Source: Macrostomum hystrix
Taxonomy: Eukaryota > Animalia > Platyhelminthes
DNA length: 64,000 nucleotides
Direction of reading: 5' to 3'
Assembly: GCA_950097015.1 (NCBI GenBank)
Contig: CATNEN010000038.1
Coordinates: forward strand, 11,656,001 to 11,720,000
This document shows positions 10,701-19,700 of the stretch, one piece after another. Below the pieces are notes generated by a model, which was given only the letters and a program-made list of their open reading frames with translations, made no database searches and was not told where the DNA came from. How positions within the stretch are numbered: position 1 is the stretch's first letter; every line of letters begins with the position of its first letter. The translations under genes were made by a program, and so were the position numbers.

Positions 10701-13700
10701 GCCAGCCTCGCCACCGTCCTGTCAACACCGAGGTGGGCGCTCTGGTCGCTGGAATGCGCCTCCTGCAGGAAGTGCGGCCGCAGGTGGCTGGGAATGACCG
10801 GCTTGCCGTGGAACAGCAGGACGCCCGCCGTACTTATTGATGCCCCGTCCAGCAGCTCGCGAACCTGCGCCGCCCAGGTGTCAGACAGATTGTCGATTCC
10901 TGTCGCTAGCGCATGGAATGCCTTGCTCAGTAGCGTGTCCTGCCGCTGCTCCTCATGCAGGCGCGCGGCCTCCCAGCGGGGCTGCAGGCGCGTGCCGGCC
11001 ACCCGGCTCAGTGCGTCCGGCACAACGTTCTCCCGGCCTGGCCGGTACAGCAGCGAGAAGGAGAACTGCTGCAGCGTAGACAGCCACCGCGCCAGCCTGC
11101 CTTCCGGGTCCTTGGTCGCCAGCAGTCCCTGAAGCGGCCGATGGTCGGAGTAGACGGTGAAGCTGGGAACACTGAGCAAGTACGTTCTGAAGTGCTTCAA
11201 GCTCCACATCAGCGCCAGCAGCTCCCGGTCTGTCGCCGAGTAATTTCGCTCCGCCTTGTTGAGCGTGCGCGATGCGAAAGCCACAGGCAGCTCAGCGTCC
11301 CCGTGCAACTGGCTGAGCACGGCGCCCACTGCGAACTGGCTGCTGTCGCAGCTCAAAACGAACTGCTTGCTGAAGTCGGGCAGCCGCAGCACCGGGGCAG
11401 TCGTCAACTTGTCCTTCAGCTCGTTGAACGCCCGCTCGCAACTGCTGCTCCATCTAAAGTCTCTCGCTGTCTGGCTGATGTCGTGCAGCACCCTCGCAGT
11501 CTGGCTGAAGTCCTGGATGAAGCGGCGATAGAAGCCTAGCATGCCGAGGAACCGCTTCACCTCCTCTGCTGTCGTCGGGCTGGGCATGCTGCGGATGGCG
11601 TCCACCTTGCTCGGGTCTGGCGCGATGCCCTGCTCGCTGACCCGGTGCCCCAGGTACAGCACCTGGCGGTGGCCGAAGACACTCTTCGCCCTGTGCAGCT
11701 TGAGCCCGGCCCCTCGAAGCCGCTGAAGGACCTGTGCTAGCCGCGCCAGATGCTCGTTGAAGGTTCTGCTGAAGACGATGATGTCGTCGATGTAGGTCAG
11801 CACCACCTCCCAGGATAAGCCGGACATGACGAGCTCCATAAGGCGCTGAAATGTCGCTGGGGCGTTGCACATCCCGAAGCCCATCTTGCGGAACTGCATC
11901 AGGCCGCGGGTGGAGTAGAAGGCAGTCTTTGGCCGGTCTTCCTCTGCCACCTCCACCTGGTGATAACCCTGCCGGCAATCGATGGTGGAGAACCAGGAAC
12001 AGCCGACCAGTGCGTCCATGGCTTGCTGCAGATGCGGCAGCGGGTAGGCGTCCTTGACTGTGCAGGCGTTCAGCTGTCGCCAGTCGGTGCAGAGCCTGAT
12101 GTCGCCGTTCTTCTTGCGCACCACCAGGAGGTTGCTGGCCCAAGGAGACATGGACGGCTCGATGATGCCGCTGTCCAGCATCTGGCCGATCTTCTTGTCT
12201 ACCTGGTCCCGCACGGACAGAGGCAGACGTCGCTGAACCTGCCTGTGCGGCCGCGTTCCGGGCTCCAGATCTATCCTGTGCTGCAGCAGCTCCGTCGTGC
12301 CCAGGTCGTACTCGTGCCTTGCGAAAAGGTCCTCGTTTTGCTCCAGCAGCTGGCGCAGCTTCTCCGCATCCGCCTCGGACAGCTCCGGGTTGATGTTCCA
12401 GCCGAGGGGGTCCTCCTGGAGATAGTCGCTCCTCCCCCCGGCCATCGCACCCTCGAACGTCCCGACGGCTTTATTGGCGTACAGCAGCACGGGCTCCTCG
12501 GCCAGGTTGCACATCTTGACGGGGATTCGGCCGTCGTCCGAGATAGTCAGCACGCGCGCCGAAAGCACCGCCGTGGCTGCTACGAAGTCCTCGCAGGGCT
12601 CGAACACCCCCTGCTCTCGGCTGGAGTCCACCCGGAGCCATACGACCTTCTCGCTCCGCGCCGGCAGCTCCGTGTTGACCGCCACGCGCGCCACCAGAAC
12701 GCTTGGCACCAGGCGGCAACTGGCCCACGGCTGCTCGCTGCTGAAAGCCACCGTATCGCTGTCGAAACGGACGACGCCTTCCTTCATGTCGATGGTCACC
12801 GTCTGCGACACCCGGCCGATGAAGTCCATGCCGAGAATCAGTCTAGGCTGGATGCCGTCCACCACGGTAAAACTGTGCCGCGCTCGAATCGCGCTGCCGA
12901 TCGCAACCTCCGCCGTCGTCAGGCCAAGGCAGCGCAGCCGCGAGCCGTCGACAGAGGTCGGCATGACGCTGATGTCGCTGCAGTCGAGCCGGCAGTCAAG
13001 CTTGTCGTACAGCGACTTGTCCATCAGCGAAATCTGCGCGCCCGTGTCCAGCAGGGCGGGCGAGCTGTGCCTGCCGAAACGCACTGGCACAAAGATGGAC
13101 GACGCTGATCTGTGGGCCCCTTGAGAGGGGGTCGGCGCTGGCCCCAGGCTGCCGACCCTCAGCAGTTTCCCTGCGGCTGTGCAGCTGGTGTCGGGCAGAC
13201 CGCCGCCGTGTGCCCCTTGCCTGAGCACCTGCTGCAGCGGGCTCCTACCGCTCTCGGGCACTGCCTCGCGATGTGGCCAACTTCCCCGCAGCTGAAGCAC
13301 TTGATGGCCCTTTGACGGCTTTCCTTGCCTGCGGCTCCCGTTCGCACACCTGCAGCCAGCTGCTGAACCTGCTGCTCCAGACGGCTGATCCGACTGTCCT
13401 CCGCCGTCACGGCTGCTGACGTCGCTGATGACTGGCGACTCACCAACTCAATGCGGGCCGCCCGGTCAATCAGGACTGTCAACGGACAGGAGTCCGCGTC
13501 CTGGTCTTTGAGCAGCGTATCTCTTACAGCTGCTGGGAGGAGGCGCATCAAGCGGAACTTCACGTCCTTCTCCCTGGCGTCCACAGAGTCGTCTGGCCGA
13601 GCCCGGAGGTGCAGCAGCTTGAGGTTGTACGCCAGCTCTCTCAAAGACTCATTTGGCCGACGTTTGCGTTCCTCAAACTCCTCCATCGCCCGGTAGCTGC

Positions 13701-16700
13701 TCAGGCTGTCGCCGAAGTGCCCGATGAGCTCCACCTTAAGCTGCTCGTAGCTCACTTTCTTTTCGTCTGGAAGTTCCCACACAAAGATCTGTGCCTCTCC
13801 AGACAGCAGCAGCTTCAACTTCTTCGCCTTCTTCTTATCGTCCCAGTCGCTGTCATCGGCGAAGTCTTCAAACATGCTTAGCCACATTCTGACATTTGAG
13901 TCACTGCCGGCGCCGCTGAACTTTTGCGGCAGTAAAGATTCTTGCTTAGTCATGCTGAGACCGCTGCCACCAGTGTAAGACGCTGGTTTGTCAGGTAGCA
14001 TGCACACAAAAAAACGCGAAGAGCCATACCGGCTCGCTAGCACTATTATATTTGGCCAGAAACACTGGGGTGGGCGTACCCATCCCCCAATCACGCCACG
14101 CAAGCACGCACGCAGGCGTGTACGCTCTACCACCCGCAGTGTACACTGCGGGCCGCGAACTCTAAGCTGCTTACATGCTTAAATGGCACGAAACCAGCAG
14201 TTGCCATCACCACGGACCCTGCTCACTTGAGTTGCACTGAGTGGCAAACTAAGAGGCAGGGGCTCAAGGCTGTGGGATTCAGAAAGCACTGTGTAATGCG
14301 TATATCATATTTATTTTTGTTTACTTTTTTCATTTATTATTGAACGTATCAAACGAACGAACGAACGAACGATGAACTAAGAAGAAAACTAAACAAAATG
14401 CTTTAAAATATTCAGGTAGAGTTGCTCGCTTGACAACAATTAAGTAGAGAAAACTCAAAATCAACATTGAAGTTAATTTTTTCTTAGAATTTTGCCAATG
14501 CATTTCGACCACAATCGGTCATCTTCAGGGCAGACACGTCAATTAATCACACACAACCATGTTATATATATTTTATTTTAAGAAATGAAAACTGTACAAT
14601 GCTATCTGTAAATCAATTTCGGTCCAGTTGGGATTTAACACGGTTAAAAAAAGAACAAAAAAACATAAAAGTTTCAAGAGGCTGCCAACAAAGCTAAAAC
14701 ACGTTGAGTTGGTTGCTTGCACCCCCCATGGCTAACTGGCTGTTCAAATTTGGTTTCTGGGCCTTAATGTACATAGCCTCAAGAATGTTCAATTTGTTTT
14801 CTTGGCTACAGGAATCGATCACTTTAAACATAACACAACAGTTCTTATTGCAACAGGAGTTACACGAGAGTAGGTGCTCATTGATGGCAGAATTTCTAAT
14901 CCAATTCTCCCTTAACCCTTGTGTACAAGTGTCGCTTAGTTTTACCAATGTAGGAGATTTTCTGATCCACAGAACAATAAAATTTATACACGACAACTGC
15001 AACAAGTGGTCTAGGAACATGGGACTTCAACCTGCAGACAAACTGAGCAATCTTTTCTGTACGGTACAAAACCCGGAGCTGGGAATCAATGTGACTTCTA
15101 AACAAACTTTCAACTTTCTTCCATAACTCCACGGAGCCGAGGCCCAAATTAGGAACCACAATAACGGGGCTACGATCAATACTGCGATCTTTCTTCTTGA
15201 GTATGATTTTGACCAGAAAACTTCTTGCAGAGAAACTTATTAATCATGCTGGAAATATGGCCACGAGGGTATCCATTCATCACGAACAGCCGAGTAAGCT
15301 GCTCCAGATCATCATTTAAAGGCTTCCAGGAACTGCAAATAAAAAAATTTCTTTGGAGAAAGCACTGCACCCAACCGACTTTCCATTGCCTAGGTCAGAG
15401 GGCATCAAACCTAAGCATGAGACCAGTTAAGCTAGCTTTTGAAGCTACGAGTAGCTTTAGCTAGTATTGAAGAACTCTTCCTTTTTGGCCTCATTGTCGA
15501 AAATAGCAAAAGTATCATCCACATTAACGTTTGTAAAACTGAATAGCACACGGGAGGGCCATCCACTCTTTTTCCCAGTAAGCCATGCAGAGATTGGCAA
15601 GAGTAGGTGCCAGAGGACTGCCCATAGCGCAGCCATCAATCTGCCTGTAGTATTTGTCCCGGAACAGAAAAATACCAGAGGTGGCGAACCCAAGCATCTT
15701 CTTAAAAGTGGTTTTAGGAAAGGATGGGTGATTAGAGCTTTTATAGACAAGGTCAGTTGCAAGGTCAATGGCAAACTGCAGAGGGATGTTAGTGAACAGC
15801 GAAACAACATCACAGCTGAACAGTTAGTTTATCAGTAGGATGAACATTAACACAGTTCACGCTTTCAAGGAATTCACGATTAGAGGAGACCCAATAATCT
15901 TGAGGGATAACAGGTTTGATAAGAGCATCAAGATACTTGGCAAACTCAGAGGTGTTAATCATAGACACAATGGGTCTCAGAGGGTAGCCACTTTTGTGAA
16001 ATTTGCACAGCCCATACAGCTGGCCAGGTTGGCTCCCACAAGGAGTAATCCTTTGAAAAGTGTCAGGGCAAATGTTCGGTTTCTCATAGATTCTAAGAAA
16101 AGTTTGTAAAGATCTCTCCTTTTTAAGCGCGGGGTGCATCATAGTGACCTCATTGGCCACACCAAGGCAATGTAATTTGAGTTTGTCCTGCACAATTTCG
16201 TCAAGTTTGCCTAAGTTGTCAGAGCTGTCCATGATGGCCACACCAAGGCAATGTAATTTGAGTTTGTCCTGCACAATTTCGTCAAGTTTGCCTAAGTTGT
16301 CAGAGCTGTCCATGATGGCGACACCATGGCCTTTGTCGTGGCTAACAATCTTAGTTTCGTTATTTTTCTTCAGCTTTAATTGTTTTTTGTAGCGTTTGTA
16401 CGTTTAGACAGATTTAGATTTGACATTTATAAGTAGATTACTGTTTAGTGCTACTTTTGTGCTAGAAAGCTAGAATGCGTTTCAAAGCTAGCCGTCAGCA
16501 TTGAGGTTAGTACACAGCCCTCAGCATTGAGGTTAGTACACAGCCTTCAGCATTGAGGTTAGTACACAACCCTCAGCATTGAGGTTAGTACACAGCCCTC
16601 AGCATTGAGGTTAGTGCACAGCCTTCAGCATTGAGGTTGGTACACAGCCCTCAGCATTGAGGTTAGTACACAGCCTTCAGCATTGAGGTTAGTACACAGC

Positions 16701-19700
16701 CTTCAGCATTGAGGTTAGTACACAGCCTTCAGCATTGAGGTTAGTACACAGCCTTCAGCATTGAGGTTAGTACACAGCCTTCAGCATTGAGGTTAGTACA
16801 CAGCCTTCAGCATTGAGGTTAGTACACAGCCTTCAGCATTGAGGTTAGTACACAGCTTTCAGCATTGAGGTTAGTACACAGCCCTCAGCATTGAGGTTAG
16901 TACACAGCCTTCAGCATTGAGGTTAGTACACAGCCATTAGGCTTGGGTTAGTATATCGATTCGTGCACCATTAATATTTAGGTTAGTGTAACAGCTCTTT
17001 ATTACACTTTTAAGTGTGAGACTCAAAGTATCGTTCATTCTCCTTAATAATTACTATCTATTAACCTATCGAACCGCAGGTGGCCCTGGTTGTTGGGCAC
17101 GAACTGGCCCATCAGTGGTTTGGCAATCTGGTAACTATGAAATGGTGGACGCACCTCTGGCTTAATGAAGGCTTTGCGTCCTGGATTGAGTACCTGTGCG
17201 TAGATCACTGCTATCCTGAGTTCGATATCTGGACTCGCTTTGTCCAGAGCGACTTGTCCCGGGCCTTGGAACTGGACGCATTGGAGAACAGCCACCCCAT
17301 CGAAGTGGAGGTTGGCAATCCGTGCGAAATTGACGAAATCTTTGATGCCATCAGCTACTCTAAGGTGAGGGCCGAGTATACACCCACTAAACTTATCTCC
17401 CGTTGCTGGGCCCGTCTCATCACTGCCGTCTCTACCTGCTCACTCTACTTCTCTCCCTGTTTACTCTACTTCTCTCTCAGTTCACTCTACGTCTCTCCCT
17501 GTTCACTCTACTTCTCTCTCAGTTCACTCTACTTCTCTCCCTCTTCACTCTACTTCTCTCTCAGTTCACTCTACTTCTATCAGGTCACTCTACTTCTCTC
17601 CCTATTCACTCTACTTCTCTACCTGTTCACTCTTCTTCTCTTTCAGGTCACTCTACTTCTTTCTCAGGTCACTCTACTTCTCTCCCTGTTCACTCTACTT
17701 CTCTCCCTGTTCACTCTACTTCTCTCCCTGTTCACTCTACTTCTCTCCCTGTTCACTCTACTTCTCTCCCTGTTCACTTTACTTCTCTCTCAGTTCACTC
17801 TACTTCTCTCCCTGTTCACTCTACTTCTCTCCCTGTTCACTCTACTTCTCTCCCTGTTCACTCTACTTCTCTCCCTGTTCACTCTACTTCTTTACCTGTT
17901 CACTCTACTTCTATCTCAGGTCACTCTACTTCTTTCTCAGGTCACTCTACTTCTTTACCTGTTCACTCTACTTCTCTCTACTACTACCCCACCCCACCAG
18001 GGCGCCTCCGTCATCCGCATGCTGCACGAGTGGCTGGGCCAGCAGCCGTTTCGCGACGGCCTCAGCCGCTACCTGAGGCAGCACAAGTACGCCAACGCCA
18101 GCACCGAGCACCTGTGGGAGGCTCTTGCTGATGCCTCTGGCCAGCCGGTGCAGTTTGTTATGGAGGCTTGGACTAAGCAAATGGGCTATCCGGTCATCAG
18201 CGTGTCCTCCAAGCCGGCCCCTGGCGACGATTCCCAGCTAGAGCTAACCATCTCGCAGGAGAAATTTCAACTAGGCGGCTCGGCTAAGAAGTCCGACTCA
18301 ATCTGGCGCGTGCCAATCCAGGTGCTGACCTCCACTGGCCATCGGCACCAGATGGTGCTGGCTGAGAAAACTGACTCCTTCACTGTGCCAAAGGCGGCCT
18401 GGGTCAAATTGAATCCCGGCTGCATCGGTGTGTACCGGACTGAATACAGCGCTGCCATGCTTCAGGACCTCATCACGGCCCTCACCCACGGACAGGTACG
18501 CCCGTTCAGTCCATGGACTGGTGGGACGCCACAACCGCCGTCAATTACCCCATCTGATACCGATATCCATTTAATTGCTTTAATTTAAAAGGCACAAATT
18601 GTTGTTATGGAGTCGGGAATCGAACCCCCGACCTTCAAGTCGTGAGTCCGACGCTCTCACAACTACAATGGCTACGATTAGTTAGAGCGTTGAATCGTCA
18701 ATCGTAGTACAAGATTTGGGTACTATTCTCTTGGTATCATAATAAATTCACTCTAGTGACTGTAATCCCACTTCCATTTAATTCTAACAAATCGCCCATT
18801 CCCATGAATCGCGCCACCTGTAGCTAAGCCAGCGCGACAGATTCAACCTGGAGAACGACCTGTTCGCCATGGCCTCCGCTGGCCGGGTGCCAGTAGTCCA
18901 GGTGCTTCAACTGGCTGATGCCTACAAAGCCGAAGAGTTCTATACTGTCTGGTCCGACCTGCTTAGCAACCTTGGCAGCATTCAAGTGCTTGCGGATCAG
19001 CTGGGCCTGCTGGACCAATGGCGGGCCTTCATTCGCCAACTGTGCGAGCCGGCCTATCTGCGCCTCGGCTGGAACTCGAGGCCCGGCGATGGTCACGACG
19101 CTACGCTGCTTCGGGCCACCCTGATTGGCTCCTTGGGTCGTGCCGGCCACGACTCGGTGGTGTCTGAGGCGCGGGCCAGATTCGCCAAGCACTGCTCTGG
19201 CGAGGCCGCTCTGCCTGCCGACCTGCGGGCCAGCGTCTACTTTACGGTGCTGTCCAATGGCGGGGTCGAGGAGTTTGAAGCCATGCTGGCACTGCTGGAG
19301 AAGGCCGATATGCAGGAGGAACAGGTGAGCCCAATTCTGAGGCCCGATTGGGCAAGACGTGCAGCCGACAGCACAGCCGCAGCTATTGCATCGGAAGGCT
19401 GCGTACGGCTTTTCAGTCCATGGACTGGGGAAGGACACCACTCCCAACCATCAATTACCCAATTACCCCTGTAGCTGCTGACCATTGGTTATATTGACCC
19501 AATAATCCTGACCTGTAGCTTGCTGACCCAGGGTCATATTGACCCAATAATCCTGACCTGTAGCTGCTGACCATTGGTTATATTCACCCAATAATCCTGA
19601 CCTATTGCTTGATGACCCAGGGTTATATTGACCCAAGAATCCTGACCTGTAGCTTGCTGACCCAATAATCCTGACCTGTAGCTTGCTGACCCATGGTCAT

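Larger units (their letters stand above)
9251..14175 (-). mobile_element. Full-length Ty3/gypsy LTR retrotransposon, apparently intact
   Basis: Identical 202-bp LTRs with TGTAAG...CTTACA ends, PBS, PPT, gag, and pol in PR-RT-RH-IN order. Confidence 0.97.
9060..14288 (-). pseudogene. OTU-like cysteine protease exon remnant split by the gypsy insertion (14288-14181 joined to 9250-9060)
   Basis: Right flank reads ...VSRVRGDGNCWFRAI and left flank reads YQLTGTPIHMDHQQLRQTIAH. Joined they give GDGNCWFRAISYQLTG...HQQLRQ, the OTU catalytic Cys-box. Acceptor ttacacag ends at 14289. Confidence 0.7.

Noticed and set aside
9590-13124. Long plus-strand ORFs opposite pol
   Set aside because: Antisense shadows of GC-rich coding sequence with no recognisable motifs.
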